Source: Candidatus Ishikawaella capsulata Mpkobe (GTDB lineage Bacteria; Pseudomonadota; Gammaproteobacteria; Enterobacterales; Enterobacteriaceae). From it: 32,000 nt of DNA. The stretch is from NCBI RefSeq assembly GCF_000828515.1, contig NZ_AP010872.1:473222-505221 (forward strand), read 5' to 3'. Of the stretch, positions 1 to 13,004 are shown in pieces. The notes below the pieces were generated by a model. That model had not been told where the DNA came from and searched no databases. It saw only the letters and a program-made list of their open reading frames with translations. The translations under genes and the position numbers were made by a program. The first letter of the stretch is position 1, and every line of letters starts with the position of its first letter.

Positions 1-289
1 ATAATAAAATATTTTTATATTATTGTTTAATATATATTAATACTCAATGGTATGATACATTCACTTCAAATGTGTTGTAGTTGACATAGAACATTAATTA
101 CAGTACCAATATATAAAATAAGATTTAATCTAACCATCCATGTTTCATCTTAAATGAATTTTACTTCAGTATTAGGTATCATATATTTACCATGAATACA
201 TTCAGATCTATTAATCTTCTTAATTTTTCCTACTTGCTCGTTTTATCCCAATTACTCAAGCGGAGTCCAATAACCTAAAAAGGATAACT

Positions 290-2951
<2,662 letters not shown>

Positions 2952-2952
2952 A

Positions 2953-4356
2953 ATGGGACAGACTTTATATCAGAAATTATTTAATGCTCATATTGTTCAT
3001 GAAGATGTTAATAACATGCCAATAATCTATATAGATCGACATTTCATTCATGAAGTAACCTCTCCACAGGCTTTTGATAACTTAAGAGCTAAAGGACGTA
3101 CGGTTCGTCAACCATTGAAAACCTTTGCAACTATGGATCACAATGTGTCTACGCAAAAAAAAAACATTTATGCATGTGGTGAAATGGCTCGGATTCAAAT
3201 GCAGCAATTAATTAAAAATTGTGAGGAGTTTGGTATACAACTATATGATTTACATCATCCTTATCAAGGTATCGTTCATGTTATTGGCCCAGAGCAAGGT
3301 ATAACTCTTCCTGGAATGACTATCGTATGTGGAGATTCTCATACTGCAACTCATGGAGCATTCGGGGCATTAGCCTTCGGTATTGGTACATCCGAAGTCG
3401 AACATGTTTTAGCTACTCAAACTTTGCAACAGCAACGTGCTAAATCTATGAAAATAGAGCTATTGGGTGATACCTGTTTAGGTATTACAGCAAAAGATAT
3501 TGCTCTTGCAATTATAGGCAAAATTAGTCATTCCGGAGGAACAGGGTATGTAATAGAATTTTGTGGAAAAGCAATATCACAAATGACTATGGAAGGTCGA
3601 ATGACATTGTGTAACATGGCTATTGAAATGGGAGCAAAATCCGGTTTAGTGGCACCCGATCAAACCACTTTTGATTATTTAAAAAACCGTAATTTTTCTC
3701 CTACAGGTAAACAATTAGAAGCAGCTCTAGAATACTGGTATACTTTAAAATCGGATACGGATGCTAAATTTGATTGTGTAGTAAAATTGCAAGCAAATAA
3801 AATTGCACCGCAAATTACATGGGGCACTAATCCCGGACAGGTTATTGCTATAGATGAAGTTATTCCACATCCAAATATTTTTTCTAATCCAATTGAACGT
3901 ATATCAGCAAAAAATGCCCTTGCTTACATGGCTCTTAAACCAGGAATTAAACTAACATCTATAAAGATTGATAAAGTTTTTATCGGTTCTTGTACTAACT
4001 CGCGTATTGAAGATTTAAGATCTGCTGCAGCAATAGCTAAAGGAAACAAAGTGGCATCAGGAGTTACTGCATTAGTTGTTCCTGGTTCTAGTCTAGTAAA
4101 AAATCAAGCAGAATCAGAAGGTTTAGATGAAATATTTATTCAAGCTGGATTTGAATGGCGTTTGCCAGGTTGCTCTATGTGCTTAGCAATGAATGACGAC
4201 AAACTCTCGCCAGGAGAACGCTGTGCTTCAACTAGCAACCGTAATTTTGAAGGAAGGCAAGGGCGTGGTGGACGCACTCATTTAGTCAGTCCTGCTATGG
4301 CAGCTGCTGCTGCGATAAATGGTCATTTTTCAGACATTAGAGATATTTTACGATAG
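2953..4356 (+). CDS. leuC: 3-isopropylmalate dehydratase large subunit
   Basis: Track ORF starts at 2923. I trimmed it to ATG 2953 ([10 protein letters not shown] vs E. coli MAKTLYEKLF), 1 nt after the leuB stop. Aconitase-family blocks [31 protein letters not shown]. Confidence 0.96.
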   Translation: MGQTLYQKLFNAHIVHEDVNNMPIIYIDRHFIHEVTSPQAFDNLRAKGRTVRQPLKTFATMDHNVSTQKKNIYACGEMARIQMQQLIKNCEEFGIQLYDLHHPYQGIVHVIGPEQGITLPGMTIVCGDSHTATHGAFGALAFGIGTSEVEHVLATQTLQQQRAKSMKIELLGDTCLGITAKDIALAIIGKISHSGGTGYVIEFCGKAISQMTMEGRMTLCNMAIEMGAKSGLVAPDQTTFDYLKNRNFSPTGKQLEAALEYWYTLKSDTDAKFDCVVKLQANKIAPQITWGTNPGQVIAIDEVIPHPNIFSNPIERISAKNALAYMALKPGIKLTSIKIDKVFIGSCTNSRIEDLRSAAAIAKGNKVASGVTALVVPGSSLVKNQAESEGLDEIFIQAGFEWRLPGCSMCLAMNDDKLSPGERCASTSNRNFEGRQGRGGRTHLVSPAMAAAAAINGHFSDIRDILR

Positions 4357-4366
4357 AGATTTAATT

Positions 4367-4966
4367 ATGAACGTTTTTAAAAGACACACTGGAATAGTGG
4401 CTCCATTAAATATAGCCAATATTGACACTGATATTATTATCCCAAAACAATTTTTACAAAAAGTTACTAGATTTGGATTTGGCAAGCATCTTTTTCATGA
4501 TTGGAGATTTAAAGATGATTTAGGGAATGTATTAAATGAAGATTTTCTATTAAATCAAGGTAAATACCAAAATGCCACTATTTTATTAACAAGAGAAAAT
4601 TTTGGGTGTGGTTCATCACGTGAACATGCTCATTGGGCATTAACTGATTTCGGGTTTCGTGTGATTATTGCTCCAAGTTTTGCAGACATATTTTATAATA
4701 ACAGTTACAATAACCAGCTGTTATTAGTTAAAATGAATCATACAATAATAGAAGAAATGTTTAAAATAGTTTTAGATAATCCAGGTATTAGTTTTACTGT
4801 AGATCTAGAAAAACAAGAAATTATAACCAAAGAAAAAGTTTATCTTTTTAAGATAAACAGTTTTTATCGCTATTGTATAGCTAATGGATTTGATCGTATT
4901 AGTATAACCCTTGAACATGAAGAATCAATTTCTCGTTATGAAAAGGAGAACTTTATTTTTCTATAA
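4367..4966 (+). CDS. leuD: 3-isopropylmalate dehydratase small subunit
   Basis: Track ORF starts at 4319 inside leuC. I trimmed it to ATG 4367 ([14 protein letters not shown] vs E. coli MAEKFIKHTGLVVPL). Blocks [12 protein letters not shown] and [10 protein letters not shown]. Confidence 0.95.
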   Translation: MNVFKRHTGIVAPLNIANIDTDIIIPKQFLQKVTRFGFGKHLFHDWRFKDDLGNVLNEDFLLNQGKYQNATILLTRENFGCGSSREHAHWALTDFGFRVIIAPSFADIFYNNSYNNQLLLVKMNHTIIEEMFKIVLDNPGISFTVDLEKQEIITKEKVYLFKINSFYRYCIANGFDRISITLEHEESISRYEKENFIFL

Positions 4967-4987
4967 GAAGTACATGTTAATAAAATT

Positions 4988-5818
4988 TCATTTTATTTTT
5001 GCTAAAAATTCTAATAAATCTTTATTAAGAGAATCCTGATGAGTTACAGTAAATCCATGAGGAGCACCTTCATAAATTTTAAGCATAGAACTCTTAATTT
5101 GTTTATGTGCCATTTTACTGGTGCTTTTATAAGGTACTATTTGATCACCAGATCCATGAATTATTAAGGTAGGTACATCAATTTTTTCTAAATCAGCACT
5201 AAAATTTGTTTCAGAAAATGCTGTTACACAATCAACTGTAGCTTTTAAAGAAGCTAATAATGCCATATTTAGCATGTGGGTCAATATGCCTTGAGATATT
5301 TTATGCCCAGTATTATTACTATTACCATAAAATAAATCAGCAAAATCTTTAATAAATTGAGCACGATCCTTAAATAAGTGCTTTTTAATGTTATCAAAAA
5401 CAGAAGGTTCAACTCCATAGGTATATCTATTAGTTTTTCTTAAAATAGGAGTTATTGAACCAAGTAGAATTAATGCTTTTATTCTTTTAGACCCGTAAGT
5501 ACTAATATATCTGGATACTTCTCCACCACCCATAGAAAAACCAATTAAAATAATATCAGATAATTGTAAATATTCAATGAGTGCATGAAGGTCACTTGTG
5601 AATGTATTATAATCATATCCCTGCCATGGCTGATCAGATCTACCAAAACCTCTACGATCAAATGCTATAGTTCGATAATTGCGTTCAGCAAAAAAGTTCA
5701 TTTGCACATCCCACATATCTGCATTTAAGGGCCAGCCATGGCTAAATAGTATAGGTTGCCCTTGACCCCAATCTTTATAATATAGATTAACGCCATCTTG
5801 TGTTCTAAAAATAGACAT
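4988..5818 (-). CDS. alpha/beta hydrolase of the non-heme haloperoxidase / perhydrolase / arylesterase family
   Basis: 276-aa ORF collinear with Pseudomonas fluorescens arylesterase / CPO-type non-heme chloroperoxidases as I remember them (RTIAFDRRGFGRSDQPW, ALLASLKATVDCVTAF). Catalytic triad contexts GFSMGGG (Ser), HGSGDQIVP (Asp), APHGF (His). AAGGGTGA Shine-Dalgarno upstream on the minus strand. Confidence 0.85.
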   Translation of the reverse strand: MSIFRTQDGVNLYYKDWGQGQPILFSHGWPLNADMWDVQMNFFAERNYRTIAFDRRGFGRSDQPWQGYDYNTFTSDLHALIEYLQLSDIILIGFSMGGGEVSRYISTYGSKRIKALILLGSITPILRKTNRYTYGVEPSVFDNIKKHLFKDRAQFIKDFADLFYGNSNNTGHKISQGILTHMLNMALLASLKATVDCVTAFSETNFSADLEKIDVPTLIIHGSGDQIVPYKSTSKMAHKQIKSSMLKIYEGAPHGFTVTHQDSLNKDLLEFLAKIK

Positions 5819-6132
5819 AAATTCACCCTTATTTAATACAAAGATGCCATATACCCCATATGGGGCTTGTAATTTTATAAATTATTAACTAGTATCGTCA
5901 ATACTATTGAATAGTAGCATATTATGCATTATAATACTAATTAATTTAATAGTAAAATATATAAAATAAGTACTTAATTTTAATTTAGTAGAAATAATTA
6001 GTATTGCTATATATAAATAGTGTTTTATAAATTACTTATGTTTTTCACAATTTTAAACAATTGTTTATAACATAAAAATCATATTCAAATGTCATGAAAT
6101 TAAAACATTTATTAATAATGCCTGCTGAATAA

Positions 6133-6229
6133 GACTAAGCGTTAGTCCTGTGCATTAATAGAATATTTGTGAATATGTTTTCTTAGTCAGTATTGCATGT
6201 AGATTTTTATATTTACTGCAATATAAGGA
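6133..6229 (+). promoter_or_regulatory. structured thrS 5' leader (two hairpins abutting the Shine-Dalgarno); possible ThrRS autoregulatory operator
   Basis: Hairpin 1 is GACTAA-GCG-TTAGTC (6133..6147) with CGT in the apical region. Hairpin 2 spans 6190..6224: 7-8 bp TATTGCA/TGCAATA, a bulged T, then 5 more bp (GTAGA/TTTAC). AAGGA at 6225..6229 and the ATG at 6236 follow directly. The functional assignment is by analogy to the E. coli thrS operator only. Confidence 0.3.
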
Positions 6230-6235
6230 TATTAA

Positions 6236-8164
6236 ATGCCTATTATCACTTTTCCTGATGGAAGTAATCGCTTTTATCAAGATAAAATAAGTATTCTAGA
6301 TATCGCCAGAGATATTAGTTCTGAGTTATCGGAAATATGTGTTGCTGGACGAGTTAATGGCAAATTAGTTGATGCGGTAGATGTTATTCATGAAAATTCA
6401 ATATTATCAATCGTTACTTCTACAGATGAAGATAGTTTAGAAATCATTCGTCGCACTTGCTCACATTTACTGGCACGTGCCATTAAAAAGTTATGGCCAG
6501 ATGCGAGAATGGCAATGGGAAAAACTATAGAAAATGGTTTTTATTATGATATTGATTTAAACTTTACACTAACTACTAAAGATCTTAATCTTGTAGAAAA
6601 AATAATGCATCAACTAGTAAAAAGTAATTATAGTATTATTAAAAAGCAATATTCTTGCAAAGAGGCGATTAATATATTTAAAAATACTGGGGAAATATAC
6701 AAAATTACGCTTCTTAATGAAAAGGTTAAACAGACAGATGTTGTAAATATGTATTTTCATGAAGAATATGTTGATATGTCTCGTGGTCCTCATGTTCCAA
6801 GTATAAGTTTTTGTAGTTATTTTAAATTACAAAATATTTCCGGCGTCTATTGGCGTAAAAACAAAAATCATAAGATGTTACAACGTATATATGGTACCGC
6901 TTGGGCAAATAAAGAACAACTAACTAACCATTTACAACGTTTAGAAGAAATCACAAAACGTGATCATCGTAAAATTGGTAAAGAACTTAAATTATATCAT
7001 ATGCAGCAAGATTCTCCAGGTATGGTCTTTTGGCATCATTGTGGATGGATAATCTTAAAAGAACTAGAAGATTTTATTCGAAATAAGTTAAAAGAATATC
7101 ATTATCAAGAAGTAAGAACCCCGATGATGATGGATAAAGTAATGTGGCAAAAAACAGGTCATTGGGAAAATTACAAAGAAGCCATATTTACGACTTCTTC
7201 AGAAAATCGCGAGTATTGTATAAAACCTATGAATTGCCCAGCTCATGTACAAATATTTAAACAGGGAATAAAATCTTATCGTGATCTACCTGTACGTATT
7301 GCAGAATTTGGCAGTTGTCACCGCAATGAATATTCTGGAGCATTGCATGGGCTAATGCGTATAAGGGAGTTTACTCAAGATGATGCACATATATTTTGTA
7401 CTAATGAACAAATACATGATGAAGTTAATAATTGCATTGTAATGATATACAATACATATCGCACTTTTGGGTTTAAAAAAATTTTTGTTAAATTATCTAC
7501 TCGTCCAGAAAAACGCATTGGTACAGATGAACTATGGAATTTAGCGGAAAACAGTTTAGTAACGGCATTAAAAACACAAGATATTTCTTTTACTGTTCAA
7601 TTGGGAGAAGGGGCTTTTTATGGTCCTAAAATAGAGTTTATATTGTATGATTGTATAGACCGTCCTTGGCAATGCGGGACAATTCAGTTAGATTTTTTCT
7701 TACCTCAGCGTTTAAATGCTAGTTATATTGATAAAAATAACCAGAGTAAAATATGTGTAATCATACATCGCGCTATACTAGGTTCATTAGAACGGTTTAT
7801 TGGTATTTTAACAGAAGAATTTAGGGGTATTTTCCCTTGTTGGCTCGCTCCTATACAAGTGGTAGTTATGAATATAGCCGATAATCAAAAGATTTATGTC
7901 AAAAACATAACAAAAATTTTACAAGAAAGAGGTATTCGCGCTCAATCAGACTTAAGAAATGAAAAAATAAGTTTTAAAATTCGTCATTATACATTATCTC
8001 GTGTACCTTATATGCTAATCTGTGGAAATAAAGAAATAGAATCAGGTACAGTTGCTGTGCGTACGCGTCATGGTAAAAATTTAGGTTCAATGAATATAGA
8101 TGTATTCCTGGAAAAAGTACAAAAAGAAATTAAAAATAGATATCTTGATGAATTGGAGGAATAA
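6236..8164 (+). CDS. thrS: threonine--tRNA ligase
   Basis: 642-aa ORF, same length as E. coli ThrRS and collinear with it ([58 protein letters not shown]). Confidence 0.98.
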   Translation: MPIITFPDGSNRFYQDKISILDIARDISSELSEICVAGRVNGKLVDAVDVIHENSILSIVTSTDEDSLEIIRRTCSHLLARAIKKLWPDARMAMGKTIENGFYYDIDLNFTLTTKDLNLVEKIMHQLVKSNYSIIKKQYSCKEAINIFKNTGEIYKITLLNEKVKQTDVVNMYFHEEYVDMSRGPHVPSISFCSYFKLQNISGVYWRKNKNHKMLQRIYGTAWANKEQLTNHLQRLEEITKRDHRKIGKELKLYHMQQDSPGMVFWHHCGWIILKELEDFIRNKLKEYHYQEVRTPMMMDKVMWQKTGHWENYKEAIFTTSSENREYCIKPMNCPAHVQIFKQGIKSYRDLPVRIAEFGSCHRNEYSGALHGLMRIREFTQDDAHIFCTNEQIHDEVNNCIVMIYNTYRTFGFKKIFVKLSTRPEKRIGTDELWNLAENSLVTALKTQDISFTVQLGEGAFYGPKIEFILYDCIDRPWQCGTIQLDFFLPQRLNASYIDKNNQSKICVIIHRAILGSLERFIGILTEEFRGIFPCWLAPIQVVVMNIADNQKIYVKNITKILQERGIRAQSDLRNEKISFKIRHYTLSRVPYMLICGNKEIESGTVAVRTRHGKNLGSMNIDVFLEKVQKEIKNRYLDELEE

Positions 8165-8167
8165 AGT

Positions 8168-8707
8168 ATTAAAGGTGTAAAAAGAGTACAATCAATACGT
8201 CCTAATCGCATCAATAGAGAAATAAGAGCTACAGAAGTTCGTTTAACAGATGTTGATGGCGAGTATATTGGTATTTTTAATATACATGAAGCTTTAGAAC
8301 AAGCTGAAGCAGCTGGAGTAGATTTAGTAGAAATTAGTCCTAATGCAACCCCTCCAGTATGTCGTGTTATGGATTATGGAAAATTTATTTACGAAAAAAA
8401 TAAATCTTCTAAAGAACAGAAAAAAAAGCAAAAAGTAATCAATATTAAAGAAATTAAATTCAGACCAAATACTAATGAAAGTGATTATCAGGTTAAATTA
8501 CGAAATTTAATCAAATTTCTAGAAAATGGTGATAAGGTGAAGATTACTCTCCGCTTTCGCGGTCGTGAAGTTGTTCATCAACAAATAGGAATGAAAGTTT
8601 TACATCGTCTAAAAAATGATCTTAACGAATTATCTATAGTTGAATATTTTCCTTCCAAAATAGAGGGGCGCCAAATGATAATGTTACTATCACCTAAGAA
8701 AATTTAG
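8168..8707 (+). CDS. infC: translation initiation factor IF-3, ATT (AUU) start codon
   Basis: The track shows only the internal-Met fragment 8369..8707. The same frame is open back to ATT at 8168 and reads [27 protein letters not shown]..., matching E. coli IF3 [33 protein letters not shown] at 8155..8160 lies 7 nt upstream. The ATT sits 3 nt after the thrS stop, as in E. coli. Confidence 0.93.
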   Translation: MKGVKRVQSIRPNRINREIRATEVRLTDVDGEYIGIFNIHEALEQAEAAGVDLVEISPNATPPVCRVMDYGKFIYEKNKSSKEQKKKQKVINIKEIKFRPNTNESDYQVKLRNLIKFLENGDKVKITLRFRGREVVHQQIGMKVLHRLKNDLNELSIVEYFPSKIEGRQMIMLLSPKKI

Positions 8708-8717
8708 AATTTTTATA

Positions 8718-8772
8718 AAAAACCGTGCGTTTTTATTCATACTATGAATGTTATTTATGTCGCGCGGTTTTT
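8718..8772 (+). promoter_or_regulatory. long irregular hairpin between infC and rpmI (attenuator/terminator or L20 operator-like element)
   Basis: The outer stem is 12 bp, AAAAACCGTGCG (8718..8729) pairing with CGCGCGGTTTTT (8761..8772), with one G-T wobble. The inner stem is ATTCATA-C-TATGAAT (8735..8749). It is the only GC-rich structured element in this AT-rich spacer. Confidence 0.4.
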
Positions 8773-8813
8773 GTTAACATATTTAATATTATTGTAATAT
8801 GGATGCTTGCAAT

Positions 8814-9011
8814 ATGCCCAAGATTAAAACTGTTCGCAGTGTAAAAAAGCGTTTTAAAAAAACGGCTTCCGGTAGCTTAAAATATAAACATGCAAATTTA
8901 CGTCATATTCTGACTAAAAAATCTACAAAACGCAAACGTCATCTACGTGCCAAAGAATTAATTTATAAAGGTGATTTATCTTTAGTTATTAAATGCTTAC
9001 CGTATATGTAG
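8814..9011 (+). CDS. rpmI: 50S ribosomal protein L35
   Basis: Track ORF starts at 8799. I trimmed it to ATG 8814 (MPKIKTVRS... vs E. coli MPKIKTVRG...). 65 aa, ending CLPYM. Confidence 0.95.
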   Translation: MPKIKTVRSVKKRFKKTASGSLKYKHANLRHILTKKSTKRKRHLRAKELIYKGDLSLVIKCLPYM

Positions 9012-9065
9012 TGTTGTTAAGTAGGAAAAGAAGCTAAATATATTATATAACACAGGAGAGCATCT

Positions 9066-9425
9066 ATGGTTCGTGTAAAACGTGGAGTAATAGCCAGATC
9101 ACGTCATAAAAAAATTTTAAAACAAGCTAAAGGTTATTATGGAGCACGTTCACGCGTGTACCGTGTAGCCTTTCAAGCTGTTATCAAAGCTGGGCAATAT
9201 GCGTACCGTGATCGTCGTCAGCGCAAACGTCAATTTCGTAAACTATGGATCACTCGTATAAATGCGGCTGTTCGTCAACATGGTATCTCTTATAACCAAT
9301 TTGTATATGGTTTGAAAAAAACATCTATTAATATTGATCGTAAAATGATATCTGACCTAGCTATTTTCGACAAAATTGCTTTTACAGCTCTAATCAAAAA
9401 AGTACAATTAGCCATAGCTGCATAA
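9066..9425 (+). CDS. rplT: 50S ribosomal protein L20
   Basis: 119-aa ORF nearly identical in its N-terminal half to E. coli L20 ([56 protein letters not shown]). AGGAGA Shine-Dalgarno upstream. Confidence 0.98.
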   Translation: MVRVKRGVIARSRHKKILKQAKGYYGARSRVYRVAFQAVIKAGQYAYRDRRQRKRQFRKLWITRINAAVRQHGISYNQFVYGLKKTSINIDRKMISDLAIFDKIAFTALIKKVQLAIAA

Positions 9426-9607
9426 ATCAATTTGATGGAAAAAGTTCTTTATAATAAGATTAATAATAAAAAATGTTTTAGCATGCACTACTTAATATTC
9501 ATACTATTAATTTTTTATTATAAATAACCGCATCTTGGTCATAAATATTTCTAAAAAATAGAGTATGTTAATATCAACCAAAAATCATCTATAAAAAAGA
9601 GTAATTT

Positions 9608-10591
9608 ATGTCTCCACTGGAAAAATTGGTATTTCAAGCTATCGCTGATATTAATACAGCGAATGATATTTATAGTCTTGAGACTGTACGTACTAATTAT
9701 TTAGGTAAAAAGGGACACTTAACTATACAGATGAAAAAATTACGTGAATTACCAATAGATCAACTGCCTGTAGTAGGAGCAGCTATTAATGCGGCAAAAA
9801 AACAACTATTAGATCTTATTAATGCCCGTAAAAAATTACTACAGCTAAACGAAATAAAATCGCGTATAATATCAGAAAAAATAGATATTTCTTTACCGGG
9901 ACGGCGTATCAAAAATGGTAATTTACATCCAGTTACACAAACAATTAATCGCATAGAAACTTTTTTCATGGAATTGGGTTTCTTAGTTTCATTCGGACCT
10001 GAAATTGAAGATACTTATTACAATTTTGATGCACTGAATATACCTAGTTATCATCCTGCACGAAGTGAATATGATACATTTTGGTTAGATTCTAAAAAAT
10101 TGTTACGTACTCAAACTTCAAATGTTCAAATCAGAGTTATGGCACATCAACAACCTCCGATTAGGATAATCTCTCCCGGGCGTGTTTATCGTAATGATTA
10201 CGATCAAACTCATACTCCTATGTTTCATCAAATAGAAGGCTTACTAGTTGATAGTAATGTTAGTTTGAGCAACATAAAAGGAATTTTACATGATTTCTTA
10301 GATAACTTTTTTGAAGAAAAGCTGAAAATTAGGTTTCGTCCATCCTATTTCCCATTTACAGAACCATCTGCTGAAATTGATATAAAAGATCAAAATGGAA
10401 AATGGTTAGAAGTTATTGGATGTGGTATAATACATCCTAATGTTTTGCGCAATGTAAACATCAATTCTGAAATTTATTCAGGATTTGCATTTGGTATTGG
10501 AATAGAACGTTTAACAATGTTACGATATGGAATAAAAGATCTACGTGCTTTTTTTGAAAATGATATACGTTTCCTTGAGCAATTTAAATAG
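9608..10591 (+). CDS. pheS: phenylalanine--tRNA ligase alpha subunit
   Basis: 327-aa ORF, same length as E. coli PheS. Class II motifs present ([43 protein letters not shown]). Confidence 0.97.
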   Translation: MSPLEKLVFQAIADINTANDIYSLETVRTNYLGKKGHLTIQMKKLRELPIDQLPVVGAAINAAKKQLLDLINARKKLLQLNEIKSRIISEKIDISLPGRRIKNGNLHPVTQTINRIETFFMELGFLVSFGPEIEDTYYNFDALNIPSYHPARSEYDTFWLDSKKLLRTQTSNVQIRVMAHQQPPIRIISPGRVYRNDYDQTHTPMFHQIEGLLVDSNVSLSNIKGILHDFLDNFFEEKLKIRFRPSYFPFTEPSAEIDIKDQNGKWLEVIGCGIIHPNVLRNVNINSEIYSGFAFGIGIERLTMLRYGIKDLRAFFENDIRFLEQFK

Positions 10592-10603
10592 TATGGATAT
10601 AGA

Positions 10604-12991
10604 ATGAGATTCAGTGAAATTTGGCTACGGGAATGGGTTAATATTAGTTGCAATAGCTCAATATTAGTAGAACAAATGACAATGGCAGGAATTGAAGTAG
10701 AAACAGTCAATAAATTTACTGATGATTTTAATGGAGTAGTAATTGGAAAAATTGTTCATTGTAAACCTCATCCTAAAGCAGATTATTTAAAATTAACTAC
10801 TGTAGATATAGGAAAAAATAACCCTTTAAATATAGTATGTGGTGCTGCAAATTGTCGTCTAGGTATAAAAGTAGCGGTAGCTACAGTAGGTGCTTTATTG
10901 CCAGGTAATTTAAAAATAAAAAAAAGATATATAAGAGATGAAATTTCAGAAGGAATGTTATGTTCTTTTTCGGAATTAGGAATCATCAACCCTTGCACAC
11001 CACTTATTATCGAACTTCCAGAAAATGCTCCTATAAGTACTAATATTAGAGAATATCTAAAATTAGATGATAATATAATCGATATTAAGATTACACCAAA
11101 TCGCGCGGATTGCTTAAGTATTTTAGGAATTGCTCGTGAAATCGCAATATTAAATAAAACATCGATAATAGAACCAAATATTTCACCGGTAAAAGCCACT
11201 ACTAAGGAAATTTTTCCCATTTATGTAACATTTCCGGCGTCGTGTCCACGTTATTTAAGTAGAGTAATCCAAGGCATTAATATTAATGCACATACTCCGT
11301 TAAGCATAAAGGAAAAATTACGTCGTTCTGGAATTTATGCTATAGATCCTGTAGTGGATATAACGAATTATGTATTATTAGAATTAGGGCAACCTATGCA
11401 TGCGTTTGATCTAGACCAAATTAATGAAAATATTTTCATTCGTATGGCACAAGAGGGAGAAGGTTTTGTTTTATTAAATGGCAATATAATAAAATTGCAT
11501 AGCGATACTTTGGTAGTATCTGATATAAAAAAAATATTAGCTTTGGCAGGTATTTCAGGTGGACAGCAAGCTAGTATTAATAAATATACTAAAAATATCA
11601 TATTGGAATGTGCTTACTTTAACCCACTGGCAATTATAGGTCGTGCACGTCGTTATGGATTAAATACCAATGCCTCACATAGATATGAACGTGGTGTTGA
11701 TCCCGAACTACAATATAAGGCCATTGAAAGAGCTACCCAATTAATACTGGATATTTGTGGAGGTAAAGCAGGACCAATTATTGATAAAACTCATCAGGAT
11801 CTATTACCACTTAGGATCACTATTAATTTACGTCGTTCAAAATTAGATAATGTAATTGGTTATTCTATAGAAAATCAATTAGTTATAAGTATTTTGCAGA
11901 GCATAGGCTGTGAAGTCACTCAATATGGGGATCAATGGACAACTGTTGTACCTAGCTGGCGTTCGGATCTTACTATAGAAGAAGATCTTATCGAAGAAGT
12001 GGCTCGATTATACGGTTATAATAATATACCTAATAGGCCGATAAAAATTAATTTAGTGATGGGGAAACATAATGGATCTAAAATATCTTTAAGAAGGGTC
12101 AAAGAACTGTTGGTAGATAAAGGATATCAAGAAGCAATTACTTATAGTTTTGTTAACCCTAAAATACAAACACTTTTACATCCTAATGAAGAAGCAATTA
12201 TTATACCTAAACCTATTTCTAAAGAAATGTCTGTTATGCGTCTTTCCTTATGGACTGGGTTAGTAAGTGCTGTATTATATAATCAGAATCGTCAGCAAAG
12301 CTATATACGTTTATTTGAGACTGGCTTATGTTTTATTCCAGATAAGAATAACAACTTAGGTATACGTCAAGAATTCATGATAGGAGGGATATTGACAGGT
12401 AGTTACTATAAAGAAAACTGGGATCATAATAATCATTTTTTTGATTTTTACGATTTAAAAGGAGATTTAGAATCAGTATTAGAATTATCTAATAAATTGA
12501 ATGACATCGAATTTCGTCCCAGTAAAAATCCAGCTCTACATCCTGGTAAAAGTGCGGGAATTTATTTAAGGGAACACCAAATTGGCTTAATTGGAGAAAT
12601 ATCACCAATATTAGCTCATCAATTGAATATTAATAATAGTACTTTTATTTTTGAACTAATATGGGATAGGATTATAGATCGCATATCTCCTAAGGCCCGT
12701 GATATTTCTCGTTTTCCCGCAAATCATAGAGATATATGTGTTATAGTTCCTGAAACAGTCCCAGCGGGAGATATAATTAAAGTTTGTAAAAAAGTTAATA
12801 TAGATCAAATAATTGATGTAAAAATATTTGATGTATATCATGGTAATAATATCAATAAAGGTTATAAAAGCCTTGCTATTAGCTTAATTATACAAGATTC
12901 GAATGGCACTCTTGAGGAAAAAGAGATTATGGCAACTGTATCTCGTTGTGTAGCAGCTTTAGAGAAAAAATTTCAGGCAATCTTGAGGTGA
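10604..12991 (+). CDS. pheT: phenylalanine--tRNA ligase beta subunit
   Basis: 795-aa ORF, same length as E. coli PheT. Starts [12 protein letters not shown], with a tRNA-binding domain, B3/4 and B5 blocks ([18 protein letters not shown]) and a C-terminal FDV.. domain. Confidence 0.97.
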   Translation: MRFSEIWLREWVNISCNSSILVEQMTMAGIEVETVNKFTDDFNGVVIGKIVHCKPHPKADYLKLTTVDIGKNNPLNIVCGAANCRLGIKVAVATVGALLPGNLKIKKRYIRDEISEGMLCSFSELGIINPCTPLIIELPENAPISTNIREYLKLDDNIIDIKITPNRADCLSILGIAREIAILNKTSIIEPNISPVKATTKEIFPIYVTFPASCPRYLSRVIQGININAHTPLSIKEKLRRSGIYAIDPVVDITNYVLLELGQPMHAFDLDQINENIFIRMAQEGEGFVLLNGNIIKLHSDTLVVSDIKKILALAGISGGQQASINKYTKNIILECAYFNPLAIIGRARRYGLNTNASHRYERGVDPELQYKAIERATQLILDICGGKAGPIIDKTHQDLLPLRITINLRRSKLDNVIGYSIENQLVISILQSIGCEVTQYGDQWTTVVPSWRSDLTIEEDLIEEVARLYGYNNIPNRPIKINLVMGKHNGSKISLRRVKELLVDKGYQEAITYSFVNPKIQTLLHPNEEAIIIPKPISKEMSVMRLSLWTGLVSAVLYNQNRQQSYIRLFETGLCFIPDKNNNLGIRQEFMIGGILTGSYYKENWDHNNHFFDFYDLKGDLESVLELSNKLNDIEFRPSKNPALHPGKSAGIYLREHQIGLIGEISPILAHQLNINNSTFIFELIWDRIIDRISPKARDISRFPANHRDICVIVPETVPAGDIIKVCKKVNIDQIIDVKIFDVYHGNNINKGYKSLAISLIIQDSNGTLEEKEIMATVSRCVAALEKKFQAILR

Positions 12992-13004
12992 GGTATTGAA
13001 TTTT

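Noticed and set aside
5902-6066. AT-rich palindromes in the hydrolase/thrS divergent spacer (TACTATT-G-AATAGTA at 5902..5916; AAACAATTGTTT at 6055..6066)
   Set aside because: Palindromes of this size made only of A/T are expected by chance in a spacer this AT-rich, and nothing else supports them.
8369-8707. 112-aa ORF as the complete infC
   Set aside because: It is an internal methionine. The frame and IF3 homology extend 67 codons upstream to an ATT start at 8168.
10783-11220. 145-aa ORF antisense to pheT, the longest unexplained ORF in the window
   Set aside because: It lies entirely inside the conserved PheT N-terminal region on the opposite strand. The sequence is low-complexity, hydrophobic and Ile/Phe/Ser-rich with no family resemblance. 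It is most simply a by-product of codon bias on the pheT strand, and only expression data could revive it.
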